DNA of 64,000 nucleotides from Eledone cirrhosa (GCA_964016885.1 OZ024745.1:38006001-38070000); one strand, 5' to 3'; positions 42,658-58,727 are shown, counted from the stretch's first letter. A program made the numbers and translations. Notes: a model not told the origin generated them from the letters alone.

Positions 42658-42831
42658 TTTAAATAAAGCCCTTATTGTAGAGCCAACCATGTTACTCTTC
42701 ATTCTTTAAATATATATATATACAGTATTTTCCGTTGTGTTGTAATATAAATATTACACACAGTAGATTGACAGCTCACGTAGAGTTTGCTCGACGGTTC
42801 CAGTTGTAGTTCCAAAAGTAATCTGGAGAAA

Positions 42832-42922
42832 AATATAAAGATTTGAATGGATACGTACACTTGAAAGAAAAATTTAAATTTAAATTTAAATTTTTCTTTC
42901 AAGTGTACGTATCCATTCAAAT

Positions 42923-42930
<8 letters not shown>
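42832..42930. repeat. Perfect ~100-bp palindrome
   Basis: atataaagatttgaatggatacgtacacttgaaagaaaaatttaaatttaaatttaaatttttctttcaagtgtacgtatccattcaaatctttatat. Confidence 0.9.
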
Positions 42931-42974
<44 letters not shown>

Positions 42975-42977
<3 letters not shown>

Positions 42978-43152
42978 GGAGCTTCCAACAGTAATGGTGG
43001 CATTTTTTAAGGGTATGCCAATATCTATTTATAAAACTGATCTATATTATATTTTATCTGTTGAAAGCACACCATAATTTAACTTGGTGTCCTTGAAATA
43101 TGTATAATGAAATGAATATGGTTTTATAAATATAGTTTCCATTTGTTAATAT
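42975..43152. repeat. Interspersed repeat; inverted copy at 55728-55903
   Basis: atatggttttataaatatagtttccattt and accataattt..cttggt are shared in reverse complement. The adjacent 43150-43225 matches 26622-26710. Confidence 0.75.
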
Positions 43153-43260
43153 CGTATTTTTACTCCAAATATTTGTTGAGTGCTTTATATCAGTTATAAA
43201 AATATTTGCTTGTTGTATCCCAACAATTTAAATAGAACTTTTACACACACACACACACGA

Positions 43261-43572
<312 letters not shown>

Positions 43573-43659
43573 GTTTCTACTTTAGGCACAAGGATATATA
43601 TAATAAAAGTTAATAATATATATAATATAAGTTAATTACTATAATTTTCTTATTTTACG

Positions 43660-43697
<38 letters not shown>

Positions 43698-44137
43698 GTG
43701 TGTGTGTGTCAAGCAATATTCGTAGGTGTTAGGAAGCGAAAAAGGAAAACATTTCTCAATCCGGAAAAGAGCAGAAATATTATTTTATTTATTTATGTTC
43801 ATATACGGAAGAAAAGCGATACCCAAGTGTTCACTCACGATATAAACCATACATCCAAAATGTAAGAGCAATCAAAATTGTGACCTAATCCTCTGGCACT
43901 TATACGAATTTATAAGATAACATCAAAAGTAATGCGTGCTAAAAACGGTAGTTTACGAAAAACCCATTATAACAAAGGGAAAAAACTCCAAGATGTAAAT
44001 ATGAAAATCGAGATCTTATACGTGTTAGTGTTCGAAGACTATACCAGAAGTATAGTATTATGGAGTAGAATGAATAAAAGATATTACGGAAATATCTAAA
44101 ACAAATGGAGGTGGTTCATGAAAATCAGTCGAATTTG

Positions 44138-44202
<65 letters not shown>

Positions 44203-44209
<7 letters not shown>

Positions 44210-44590
44210 AAACGAAACATCAGTGATGCATCTGAACTCAATTTATTTTGTGCTACAATTGTTTCACCGGCGGACAGCTCGAGACACGATCATTGTGTGG
44301 ATCTGTCTGATTCTGGATCTGCAGATTCGACGGACACGTCTAATGATTTCGAAGAAAATTCCTTCACTCCGAAATCATTAGACGTGCCCGTCGAACCTGC
44401 AGAACCAGAATCAGACAGATCCACACAATGATCGTGTCTCGAGCTGTCCTCGGTGAAACAATTGTAACACACAATAAATTGAGTTCAGATGCATCACTGA
44501 CTTTTCGTTTCATATTATATCATACTCTGCTCTGTAAGAGCATAGAGTGCTCAACCGGCATACCGCCCATGGAAGCACCTTAGCTACCAT
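44203..44590 (+). mobile_element. Fold-back element, family B, with a hammerhead 3' half and tail
   Basis: Arms about 44203-44351 and 44369-44518. gatcgtgtctcgagctg...GAAAC-aatt-GTA-acacac-AATAAA matches 18149-18200. Confidence 0.85.
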
Positions 44591-44767
44591 CAGACCCTCC
44601 CCCCATATATATATATATATATATAAACAAAAAAGAAAATTAGCTGTATATGGCTGAATACAATAAATGTAATCTGAGTTTTTTCGAATATTAATAATAA
44701 CATTGGATTCGTTTGCAATTTTGCAATCAAGCGTGAGCTTTTTCGAATATTATTATTAATATTCGAA

Positions 44768-44958
44768 GGGCGGTGAATTGGCAGTATCGGTAGAGGGTAG
44801 GATATGCTTTCCAGCATAGTTACGTCCCTTTACGATCTGAGTTCAATTCCCGCCCAGGTTTACTTTGCCTTTCATCCTTACGGGGTCGATAAAATAAAGT
44901 ACCAGTAATGTACTGCGATAATTGCTGGCTTTGTGCCAAAAGTAGAAACAATTATTAT
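44768..44958 (+). mobile_element. SINE family 1
   Basis: Near-identical to 15865-16058. Confidence 0.9.
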
Positions 44959-44986
44959 TAATATTCGAAAAAACTCAGATTACATT

Positions 44987-45018
<32 letters not shown>

Positions 45019-45031
45019 TATATATATATAT

Positions 45032-45109
<78 letters not shown>

Positions 45110-45937
45110 ATATATATATAACGTAGCATATGCATATATACATACATACGCCTATATAGATAAAATAACAATTTTTTCATTTTTTATGAATTATACACCT
45201 TTGCAATCAAACATATACGCACATGCATCGACGCACACACATCCACACACACAAGCATTCACACACACAATCTTCACACACTTATATTTAAACGACATTT
45301 CAATTTCTTCCTTTTTGCCTTTCGTTTTTGAATTAAGATTGAGTGAGCTTGAACTATTTATTCAGTGTGGTCTGTGAATCAGTAAATCAATGAAGAAATT
45401 CACGCCCCTCGGGAAGCGAAACAAAAGACATCTACAGAATCAGATTCTCACCTAGCAGTGATGTTTTTCAAGAGGTTTTAATATGGCTTCCGAACACACG
45501 TTATTTGTTTTTGAACAAGAATCGTTAAAGTAAATAATTCTTGAACAGTGCATTGACAAACTTCACATCATCCTTCCCTGCCAGTGGAAGCTGTCGTAAG
45601 CAATCAACACCAAAGTTATATTATTATTGCCTGAAAGCAAGATACCAGGCAGCAGAAACCTCGCTCTTCAATTTCTTGGATTCTATACGAGAGCCGATTT
45701 AGATCTTTTCTTTTTTAAAGTTTTATTTATTTAGTGAGTTTTGATTTATTTGTTTGATGGCGGCTGGATGGTAGGGTGGTTGGTTGGTTGCTTCATTTGT
45801 TGGTTTGTTCGCTTTCCATTTCGTTTTCAGATTTGTATTTCTCCATCTGTCTTCCAGTCAAATTATTTAAGAGTGGCGTTAATCCGAAATGACCTGGATT
45901 AACGCTTAGCTCGAAGCAGTTGAAGAAAGTTTGTACA

Positions 45938-45970
<33 letters not shown>

Positions 45971-46764
45971 TATATATGTATACATTTAGTTTCCTGCTGT
46001 CTTTTTCCTTCTCTCGCTCTCCCCTCATATTTTCCTCTTCCTACCATTATGCTTCGCTCTCCTTCAATCCTAACACAAACAGCATAACAAAGAGAACGAA
46101 ATATTTCAGATAAATCATATACGTGGCCATATATATGAATATACCCACACATCCCGGATAACATATATATCTATAAGTATATATATCTCTTTATTTATTT
46201 ATTTCTGTCACTTTGTGTATATATATATGTATGTATATTTATATGTATATATATATGTATGTATATGACAGGTATACATCGAAGATGTAGCCGCAATATA
46301 GCAGATACCATCGAAATATTTAGGCTGATACAAAGCACTCAATGGTGCGAAATGTTTATACATTTTCGTCTAGAGTAAACACAAAGTTAAGTAAATGTGA
46401 GACATACTACAGCAACGCTAAATACAAACAGGTCGAAGGCTAAGCTGGACTATCTCGAATAGATATGAATCAATAGAACTCGATAAAAATCTTCGAAAGT
46501 ATTTAGGGACTTCGGGAAGCTGCACCACTATGTGCATATATTTCCCTTGTTTCAAATATGAGGATCTCCGCTGTTTGGAGGAAAAATTGTCGGTGAAAAG
46601 TACTTCTGTTTTCTTATATCTGTCCCCGTGTCCGACGATGGGCTCGTTTAAAAGTGCCTCTTCCAATATATAGTGGTGGCCATAAGTGCACTTCGAGACC
46701 AATAGGCCCACAAACAAGTTAAGTAAATGAACCTTTGTTTATACTATATATATATATATACATA

Positions 46765-46939
46765 TAGGAAAAAGTATGACCCCCCGACGTCACAGCTCAA
46801 CCCGCTTTGACGGCTATTTCCAGAAATAGCCCTCGAAACGGCTTGAGCTCTGCCGTCAGGGTCCCACTCTACTACCCTAAGTATTGAGTACTCTGGTGCG
46901 TTATCGTCCATCTGGTTCCTTACCACAATTCCTTTGTTA
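46765..46939. mobile_element. Repeat family A copy with hairpin
   Basis: Related to 12052-12247 (shared hairpin; flanking segment in reverse orientation). Confidence 0.8.
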
Positions 46940-46960
46940 TATATATATATATATATATAC

Positions 46961-47057
<97 letters not shown>

Positions 47058-47358
47058 TAGTGACTCCTATCTTTTGAAATTCTTCTCCCCTACTCAAAGA
47101 ATGTTCCTTCATTCTTCCCATTCTCTCTACTCCACTTTCTACTTCCCCCTTACCTCCTCCCATCAGCTCTAATCCAGTACTTGACACCAGTTCCTTAAAA
47201 TAGGCTCCACCACCGATAGGAAACTTATACGTATCATTAACACTCTATGTTACTCGGAATTCCAGATGATTTCATACAAATGAAACAGTTCTAATACTGT
47301 ACCTGTTATTTCAACTTTTTTAAATGCGTTACCCACCGATACATCGCGTGAATCTAAA

Positions 47359-47403
<45 letters not shown>

Positions 47404-47534
47404 ACCAAATTATCGTCTTCCTGTCTTCCTCCGGTTGCAACGTTTTTTGAAATATCCAGTTCTGCGTTTACAGATTGACTTTGTTAGTTTCAGAAGATCC
47501 CGTTAAGATTCTTTGCTTAAACTTTAATCTGTTA

Positions 47535-47630
<96 letters not shown>

Positions 47631-48181
47631 ATCCATCGGATGAGTTATCTATTCCAGAGTCGGGACAATCACCAACAATCGCACACAGATTGAAATGATG
47701 GAATGCAAAACGCGCGATACTTGTGACTACAAAATACAGCGTGATTACAAAAACACTCCTTGTAGCCACCAATATTGTAATAATATTCATTTAAGTTTTC
47801 GTATTATAAGTATTTGAAATCATACTGTATATTGAAGTTATATTAATACTCTGTTCCTTCTTCTTATTATTATTAACACAACATTCTGCACGTTACACAT
47901 ACTGAAATTGGTGAAGACCCAAACGTAGAATCTCCATATCTGTCTCCACATATTAGCATTGAGCGTTCAACCTGCTGAACTATCATTAATTGAACATTTC
48001 ACATCAATACACGATATATATATATATATATATATATATATGGTGGCTACCAACTCGTTTTCGAGTACGGCCACTACTTTATATCCATGTAGGAGAACTC
48101 CTACCGATGCGCTAAACAAGTGTGACATTTTAGTCTAGCCAGCGACTTGAAAATATATATATATATATATAAATACAAACA

Positions 48182-48243
<62 letters not shown>

Positions 48244-48479
48244 AAGGGTAAACAAGGTTCAATGAATAAATCAAAGAATTAGTTTTACAATAGATTGGAA
48301 GCACTCAACAGTTAAAAAATGGTTTTCCGGAGTTATTAATATTAATTCACAAATATTAACAAAATGGAACTTCTTGTGATAAAGTATATTTTATTATACA
48401 TATTTCAGAGGTACTGAGCTAACTTCAACAGTGCGTCCTCATCATATAACTTCATATATATATATATATATATATGAAG

Positions 48480-48526
<47 letters not shown>

Positions 48527-48782
48527 TTATATTAATAATAAAATATATGTAAGTTATAATCGAATTTCGCTTGCTGTCTCGTATCCCTGGCATGAAAATA
48601 AATCTAAGATATTTTACATAAAAAAGTGATTATAACCCCCCCCCCCCCCAAACAAAAAAACATTCACGCAGACATACACAGACGCATACGCAAATATACA
48701 CACATAATGCTTCCTACACACAAACTTACACATTGACACAAACACACAGATTGACACACACACACGCACACACACAAACACA

Positions 48783-48883
<101 letters not shown>

Positions 48884-50861
48884 GAAGATGAAATTATAAA
48901 AACTATATATAACAAAATGTATAAATTAAAGAAAGGATGATATAAAGTGAATATTTGTAATTCTCTCTTGTGGTTAGATATTTTTCTTACACTGAAATAC
49001 TGAAGTACGAGGTTGTCTTCATAAGACCTCATTTGCATATTTTTCAGGTTTCATGTCAAAGGTCATTATTGATAACATTGTTGTAGCTGTGTAAATTTTG
49101 CTTTTTTCTATTTGTTTTATAGCGGGATATATTTTTGTCTATATAAAATAAACGTTTGAAATTTTCTCTTATCGATTTTTCTGTGGATTTTTTCTGAGAA
49201 AAATGAGCAAGAATTGTTAGCGTGTGTCGTTCAAGTAGTTCCACAACCTCTCTCTCTCCCTCTTTCTATTTCCCTTCCTCTTACTTTTTCTCAGTCTCTC
49301 TCTTCATCATTCTCTCTCTTTCTTTTCCTTTCTCTGTCTGTATCACCCTCTCTTTCTCTCTGCTTGGCCCCTGCCCCACAGAGAAAATGGCACCATACAT
49401 TCTGCTCCTCTCCTGCATCTCCCTCCTCCTCCTCCTCCTCCTCCTCCTCCTCCTTCTTCTTCTTCTTCTTCTTCTTCTTCTTCTTCTTCTTCTTCTTCTT
49501 CTTCTTCTTCTTTTCAATTAATTTTTCTTATATTAACTCTGTTTAATATACATTAAATGACGAGGGACGAATATGTCTGAAGATTGATCAAAGCTGTATA
49601 GCATATTTTTCGATTTACAGGGAAATTCGCATTTTCTGGCCTGTTTACATGCCTACATATTAAATATGTGTACATTCGGTGTAGTCTCGGTTACTCTTTT
49701 ACTCTTTTACGTGCTCCAGCCATCGGGCTGAGGCCATGCTGGGGCATATAATTTTACACATGTAGTTTCTGTTTGTTTTTGCACACACACACATACAGAC
49801 ATACATACATACAGACAGAAATACAGACACACACACATAGACAGACTGACAGACACACACACACCGACAGATGGACTGACACACACACAATAAACACACA
49901 CACATATATATATATATTTAATAGTTAAACAAGATTCAATGAATACATCAAAGAATGAGTTTTACAATAGATTGGAAGTACCTCTGAAATATGTATAATA
50001 AAATATAATTGATCACAAGAATATCTATTTTGTTAATATTTTGAATTTATATTATATATATATATATATATAATATCGAAAATATTTGGGTAATGGACAC
50101 TCATACCGGAAAGAATGGGCATTAGCGTTTATGGGAACCGAATCCATGCCTCTTATGTCCATTCTTTCCTTGAGGAGTTACATATTCTCTAAAATTCTCC
50201 TACTTTCTATAGTCATTTTGCGTTGAAATCTTGTAATTCTATCATCAATATTTTCAATCGACACAATATGCTAATTCACATCTGCTTTAACGTATGCACA
50301 CACACACACGCACACACACAGACACACAGACACACACACATACACACACACACACATATACACCCCACCCATATATATATATATATATATATATGTACCT
50401 CTTACTTTCATTACCCCCTATGTTAGTCACTCTCTCTCGGCTAGCCTCTTCCTCACACTTTCCCTCATTCCTTCTCTGCTACTCACCCTCTCTCACTCCC
50501 ACCCGTCTGACCTGTGTGAAATTCCTTTCTCGGTCACATTTCGCATGGCTTGGATGCGTCTTTCGTCTTCTCGTCAATGATTCGCCAGATCTTATGTTCA
50601 CTTGTATCACTGACTTGATTTTTCACCCTTTACGTTGCCTCACCATTCTCGTTTGTTTACATGTCTCTCTTTCTCCACCCAATTCTTTTTATCCCAATAA
50701 ATTTATTTAGTTATTGCTCGCGCTGGCCTGACGTATGTGATGTTTAATGCGAAGAAATACCTATGATGGCCAGAAGATCACTGATGACGGAAAGTCCTGG
50801 CTTCTTACTCTATTTTTTAACTCATATGTATCACATCCGCAACAACGCAGCACGCCATTTT

Positions 50862-50964
<103 letters not shown>

Positions 50965-51030
50965 TATGTATATATATATGTGTATATATGTATATATATA
51001 TAAGTACACACACACACACACCCACACACC

Positions 51031-51100
<70 letters not shown>

Positions 51101-52215
51101 ACGTGATTTCGCGGAATTTCAATCTAAGAGATTTTATTGACATAGAAGTGTTTAAACTGGGGCTATGGTAAATATAATTGCTCAAAGCACCGCATGATAG
51201 AATCGAAGCCGGAACTACTATTCCTCAAAGTTAACGGCTTAGCCTCATTTATATGTTGAACTGGAGCGCGTGTCTATTTGTTATAAAAATATATTGATAA
51301 CTTTCATGTTTGCATGCACATTTGTAAATAACATTGCTCATTTGAAGTTTATTTACTTTCTGACTTGCAGTGTGTCGTAGGTGAAGATGTTCTTAGTTGC
51401 AGTGTTTTGTAATATATTGTTAGCGTTAGTTTTATGTTAAGCTCTGCTTTATGCGTTTCTTTATAACAAATCCTTCATCTGTTGTATATCCAAAGTGCAA
51501 TTCATTTGGTTTGTTACATGTATTTTGTTTGTATTTACTACATGCATTCACGGATTGCATTTGTTCTTATGTTTTCCTATAAGTTAGTCTCATAATGTGT
51601 TTGTATATCCGTTATTGTCCAATGTTTCTTTTTTATTCTATACGATTCTTTTACCAGTGCTCTACTGAATTGTGACTATAACTCTGACAATATTGATGAA
51701 CTTTATTGATGAACAATAATGTTTGAACTTTCATTGTTTCCTTTCATGTACACATATTGTGAGTATATTTCGTATATTTGAACTTCATATATATCTGTTG
51801 TTTGATAAGACTAAATGGCAAACTTCAAAATCTACTCAGTTATGAGAGCAACTATCAAAGATAGAACTGCAATAACTACTTAAGCAGGATCTTCCTTTGC
51901 ACCTTAAAACCATACAATGCATTATAATTCGAAATTCTGAAAAATTAATCTATTTCTTATTAGAGAAAAAAAGAATTCATCATAAATATTAATAACTTGA
52001 TGAATATATAACCTACTCAAATCTAACTTCCTTTGTTGAGATGACGTTTCGATAACTGCACACGGAACTGTATATCTTCTCTTCCTCAATAAAGACCTGA
52101 ATCTAAATGTCGGAAATTTACTTTTCCTGCTATAATTTATTTTAATTACCTTAATTGCTTCGGCCAAACACTTGCCGACTGAAACCCAACTAGTTTCCGC
52201 CGATTCAGGATTTCA

Positions 52216-52276
<61 letters not shown>

Positions 52277-52972
52277 CACATATTTGTGCGTGTATTTTGT
52301 GTATGTATGTTTGTACAGTTTTGAGTGTGTGTGTAGACAGAAGCATTAACACATTTTATCTTCAACATAACAAGCCAAGGACAGTTGTAGGTGATTGAAA
52401 AATGTCATCTATTATAACCAATATACTCCGAGAGTTCAGATGTATTTGAAGCCAAATATTAACAGTCTGAAAGAAGTTTGTTACCTTATGAGCAAACCTT
52501 TACCGTAAAGCTTTATATTCGAAGCATAAGGAAAATCTTAGGCTAACTCTACTGAGAGTGTAAGATTGAATATTATCGTATATGAGGGTAGATTCAAGTT
52601 TCAGTTACAGAGGGAAATCATAAAAGGTATGTTAGAGTGATGGGCATGGTCAGAGTTAATGAACCTGCTCTTCGTATGGTCATGTTGATTGGAGGACAAC
52701 TTGGAGGGGCAATTGCCATAGCAATCAGCTTGGCCGTCATTTTTGTAGACACAAATATCTGTATCTTATTGTGCCGTTTTTAAACGTTTCTTGATTTCAA
52801 CCCTTTCTGCATAATAAAGCAATCATTATTGTTTTGTTGCTATATATTCAATAAGCTATCTCATGCGAGTTCCAATTGCAACATCAGGTGCACCACCGTG
52901 TTTCAGAGTTGCATGCAGCTATATGTGTTCTTATTAATAGTTATAGATTTACACACACACACACACACATAT

Positions 52973-53056
<84 letters not shown>

Positions 53057-53079
53057 ACACACACACCCACACACACACA

Positions 53080-53120
<41 letters not shown>

Positions 53121-53340
53121 AAAGTTTAATCCAAAGAGAAGAATGGACTTTTAGGTCCCGAAATGTTGGACAGAAAGAAGTAGAACAAAAAACAAAACAA
53201 AGATTACCAGGTAACTTAGTTTTACTTTTCGTTACATCATCTTACAGTCCATTTTGCATTGTTTAGCCTTCTATCTCTTTCAACGTTATATATTATATAC
53301 AATGCTTCAAGTAAACCACATTATATATATACAGGGAGCG

Positions 53341-53375
<35 letters not shown>

Positions 53376-53799
53376 GGGGGCGAGAGAGACAGTCCCGAAC
53401 TAAGCAGTCGAAATATGCATAAATAGTTATAGATACTATACTTTGACGCTAAACTCCGCCAGTGGCAGAATGCCTATCAACATGAGATATTTTACTCCAA
53501 AAAGTTCGATCACCAATAGGGGAGCTGAGAGAGCAATTATCAAGTCCAGTCCATTGGTTGACATTATGAATCCATCGTTTTGGCTGCCGGCCTCTGCTCT
53601 CTTACCAACCATCCTTCTTTACAGGTATAACCTACTCACGCCACGAATTGAGCGTTTATATAGTTTGAGTACTCTTGACATGACAATGGATATAATTAGT
53701 CTAACTATGGTAAAGTTGAACAGCTCACTGATATAGATACGGTCGCTGAGCCGCTTGCCAGTCATAAGTCTTATGTGGTTCTGGAATGTAGAGAGCTTC

Positions 53800-54210
53800 T
53801 GAAGCGAGCTTGTCGTCCAAATAACACAGTGAAGACCATATAACAAATCTCAGCTATTCAAACTATCATGAGATACTATAGAACTGATCTGCAAGACTTT
53901 CTAAATGTACTGGTCAAACATTCGCTGGATGCTGGCTTGCGCATCAACATATCCAAAACAAAGTGTATGACAACTGATTAAAACAATGCCAATCTCTAAC
54001 TAACAATCTACAACCAGCAAATTGCTCAAGTTACGGAGTTTGTATATCTCGGTCACAAACTATCATCAACAACAATGGAATGGTTGCTGCGCAGTATCTC
54101 ATCGCTCAAGGTTGGGCAACTTTCAACAAGAACAAGGAATTACTAACATCAAAACGAGTTTCCTATGATTTGAAGGCTAAGATCTTCGATACTTACATTC
54201 TACCAATTAT
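53800..54210 (+). mobile_element. Decayed LINE RT fragment
   Basis: Manual translation AGLRINISKTKCM...QVTEFVYLG...LKAKIFDTYILP. Confidence 0.7.
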
Positions 54211-54340
54211 ACATATATAGATATTACTCCAGTTCCTGAGTGAATTAACAACCCAACAAGGAACTGGGCATATCAGAGTATTGACAATATTATACACCTA
54301 AACAACATATGTACTTGTTGTCTATACCATACTAATTCAA

Positions 54341-54395
54341 ACTGCCTGAAGAGGTCACAGCCAAAGATGGCTGTCACTGAAATATATATAACAGT
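54341..54395 (+). ncRNA. Type-I hammerhead ribozyme, same family as 39018-39073
   Basis: actgc-CTGAAGA-ggtc-acagcca-aaga-tggctgt-cact-GAAA-tatat-ATA-acagt-AATAAA. The first stem-I pair is a mismatch. Confidence 0.8.
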
Positions 54396-54553
54396 AATAA
54401 ACGAAGCTAAATTTTAATCTTTTGACCTTTATTTAACTTTATTTTACACTACTCCGGAGTAACCAAACCAACCTGCGCACTTTGTCGAGTGCTCCAGCCT
54501 GCATACTGAGGTGTTGGTATACAACCAACATAAACTCAAAATCTATCTATCTA

Positions 54554-54648
<95 letters not shown>

Positions 54649-54974
54649 ATAATAATAAATTTGATGACTAAAATCCAAAGAGGATAAGGATAAATATATA
54701 TCAAATATATAAGAACCGTAGAGCAAATATTTATTAAAATAACAGATTAAAGTTCAAGCAAAGAATCGGTGCTTTCACCCTTAACGGGATATTCTGAAAT
54801 CACCATATATATATTTTGAGATTGAAACAGCGCGGTAAGAGTAAATATAGTAAGTACAGTGAACTTTTTAAAATTTATTTTAAAACTTTTTCTCTATTTG
54901 CTAAACCTTGATTATATATATATATTTATATATATATATATTTATATATATATATATTTATATATATATATATT

Positions 54975-55522
<548 letters not shown>

Positions 55523-55657
55523 GTTATCTTGACTCTGTTTTCCGTTAATTTTCACCGAAAATAGTTTTTGAATGCATCTTCTCTTTTCATGATATCCGGA
55601 TTACATTGAGTTCTTCATACGGATTGGACACTACCGTAAATTTTTGGTAGATTTATC

Positions 55658-55729
<72 letters not shown>

Positions 55730-57359
55730 ATATTAATAAATGGAAACTATATTTATAAAACCATATTTATTTTATTATATATATTTCAAGGGCAACCAAG
55801 GCAAATTATGGTGCGCTCTCATCAGATAAAATACAGATTTGTTTTATAAATAAATATTGACATACCCGGAAAGAAGACAACCTTAACGGTTGGAGCTTCC
55901 TGGATAGTGGAGATAATATTTTATTGAGAGTAAGACAAAGTTATGAGTGAGTATGCAAATGAGTGTCAGAAAATTTGAAAAGATAACGGTTTATTTAAAT
56001 TAAACTGTTGGAAGAAGAGGAAATGTAAGGGAGAGAGAAAAGAAAAAGAAAAAGAAAAGGAAGGAGAAAGAGAGGAGAGGAAAGAAAAAACGATTATGCA
56101 TAGTGATAGTGATAGTCAAGAGTGAACGAAGAAATAAATATTAATGGAAGAATATAGAGCGTAAATATATCTAAGTGAAAGAAGAAGTGAAAGAAGAAAT
56201 AAGATTAACGTGGAAGAATAATATTATAATTACGTTGTGATTATAATATTTATAATGATATGTTGAAAAAATAAAAATAAAAAATAAAAAATAAAAATGA
56301 AAGATTAAAATTTACCTTAATATTAAAAATTTAATTTAATATTAATATTAATATTAAAAATTAAAAATTAAAATTAAAACAGAAGTATTTATATTATATT
56401 AGGATGTATTAGTAATAATATATTCGTTTAGATGTGTATGTTATGGATTATGAATTATTTAAATAAATATATAGTATTTTACATTAGAGAAAATCTAGTA
56501 TAGTTTATTTGATTAAAGTAAGTTTGTCAAAATTATATTTATTAATAGTTGTAAGTCAAAACTTAAACATCCAAATAATTCCAAATTTATGAAAATTTAC
56601 GAGAGTTTGCAAAGGAATAACTACTTAATTATAGTATAAAAACAGTAAGGAAGTATAAAAGAAGTTAGAACTGATTTTTTAAGAACTCAAATGACTCCAA
56701 GGATACATAAAGACCCTTCAAAAAAACTTCTTTCAAAAAAAAATTATTTTTTTAATTTTTCAAAAATTTTTTATAAATGTTATAAAGTTAAAAAAATTTA
56801 TCTTAAGAATATAATTAAAACATAAACCATATGTTATGTTATAAGAAGTCATAAATTTATCTTAAGAATATAATTAAAACATAAACCATAGGTTATTTTA
56901 TAAGAAGTCATAATTGTTATAAAGTTAAAAAATGTATCTTAAGAATACAATTAAAACATAAACCATAGGTTATTCCACATATATATAAAAATCATATGTT
57001 ATTCCACATATATATAAATATTTGGATATATATTAAAAATGTTTGAAGATATAAAATATTGGAAGATATGAAAATAATGGTTTTTTATATCTTTCAAAGA
57101 ATTTTCTAAAACCTTCAGAAAGTCTTTCAAGGAAAGTTTTTCTTAAAAGAATTTGAAATAGTCATATAAAAAGGTTATAATCAATTGATAAGTGTAATAA
57201 TATAAAGTGTATTTATGAAGTAGAGATAATAGAAAGTAAATTAAATATATATGAATTATATATAGATATTATCTGAAGGATGAAGTTGTAGGTGGTTGGA
57301 TATAGAAAATATTATGTAAAGGAGGTTAACCATATATTATATTTTATATATATATCTAC

Positions 57360-58010
57360 CAGTTGAGTTTAAACGATGTTTACAAGAACTAAATAAATTA
57401 TTACGCAAATTAATAGAGTTCTTACTTTTTAGTATAAAGAATATTTCTTCAAAGCAAAGGGAGCAATTTTTGCTTTAGAGATAATTTTCCAAGATAAAGA
57501 ATAGTTAATATTCTTGGATTTTAAGTTCCATAATAAATTGGATAGAGAAGTTGAAGATCTTTTTACCAATATTCGTAAAGAAACATTTATGGTTATTGAA
57601 ACGAGATTCGAAGTCTGTGGAAGTAGAGCCAACATAGTTAAAGGAATTTTCATTGGTTTTGACATTACAATTGTATACTATATTTTTAACTAAACGGTTA
57701 TTATTTAGAGGACAGTTAAATTTTTTTCTACAATTACATTTATCTGAATTTATATTATTGGGAGCTGTAACATTATATTGGATATTGTTGGAGGTATTAA
57801 TGTTATTCTGGTTAGGTTTTAAGTTTCTATTTTTAAAGCTCTTGATAAGTGTTTTCCTAAGACACACATATATTACTCAATCTTTAATAGACATACTATT
57901 AAACTCTCTATTATTAATTCTATTAATATTCTGCGCTAAATTCATAGTGGTGGAATATGAGAGTTTAATAGTATGTCTATTAAAGATTGAGTAATATCTG
58001 TGTAAAACAC
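57360..58010 (-). mobile_element. Penelope-like element 3' remnant (GIY-YIG)
   Basis: IFNRHTIKLSYST; CNCRKKFNCPLNNN.LVKNIVY.C.V...YVGSTSTDFESRFNNH; LSNLLWNLK...YSLSWKII. Frameshifted. The very AT-rich 56000-57350 probably belongs to its 3' UTR. Confidence 0.85.
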
Positions 58011-58610
58011 TTATCAAGAGCTTTAAAAATCTTCTTTCCGACTTTTGGACTTGATGGCGACACATCTGTTTGTCAAGGTATTTTCCCCGTTACTGCCAAC
58101 GCCTGAGAGAGAACACTTATTTTGGCACAGGATTTATTCACTGCCTTAACCAAACATTCTTCTCACTTACTCAAACCTATATGGAACAATTCCATATTAT
58201 TCGCAGAAGTTGCTGCAAATGTTCTTTTATAGTTACCGTTGATACTGATGTTGTTCCTTTTGCTGTTGTCGTATTTATCGCTGTTGTTCTTTGCTGTTGC
58301 TGCTGCTGTCGATGTCTTTTGGATTTCAGCTGTTCCATTTTGTGGACAGCCCACTGTTTAATTCAGAGGAGGAATTTTTGTTGTTCACCAGGTCTAATTT
58401 TTAAAAGCTGAGGGCGTGTTTGTGATGAGAATCATCCCAGTCATTTAACCCCTAAGTGGTAGAGATATAGTGAAACCCGTGACCCACATAAGAAGATGAT
58501 GGTTTGGCTACAAAACAATATATAACGTTCAGACAAAGATATTTTAAAAACACATTAACAGACAACGAACTTACTTCACCGATACGTACCACCTCATGAG
58601 AGACTTAACA

Positions 58611-58690
58611 GGGAGAACAAGAACAAGAACAACAAAGGTAGCAGCAGCAGCAGCAGCAGCAGTAGCAATAGCAACAATAGCAACAACAAC

Positions 58691-58727
<37 letters not shown>

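Larger units (their letters stand above)
39831..42710 (+). mobile_element. Full-length but decayed Penelope-like element with two ~215-bp pseudo-LTRs
   Basis: Direct repeats at 39831-40050 and 42495-42710. Internal broken ORF: KNIPIP...FIRRIRWKA, IIVKADKTSNVY, QFDINDYYSSI, MRSSDSAQVTDLVG, GIYRDD, FLDITLNL, SNHP, WFNP, IKLSYS, CNC...CPL...CL...VY...YYIGST. Confidence 0.92.

Noticed and set aside
45452-45631. Possible minus-strand exon (tttcag acceptor, gtgaga donor)
   Set aside because: Stops in all three frames; at most a non-coding exon, which cannot be supported here.
46418-46717. 99-aa ORF and a YIG-like word in another frame
   Set aside because: No convincing GIY-YIG or other domain pattern.
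50776-50803. CTGATGA-cg-GAAA
   Set aside because: No room for stem II.
58070-58440. ORFs 58070-58411 and 58163-58354
   Set aside because: Possibly a highly decayed RTE fragment, but motifs are too weak; not a host gene.
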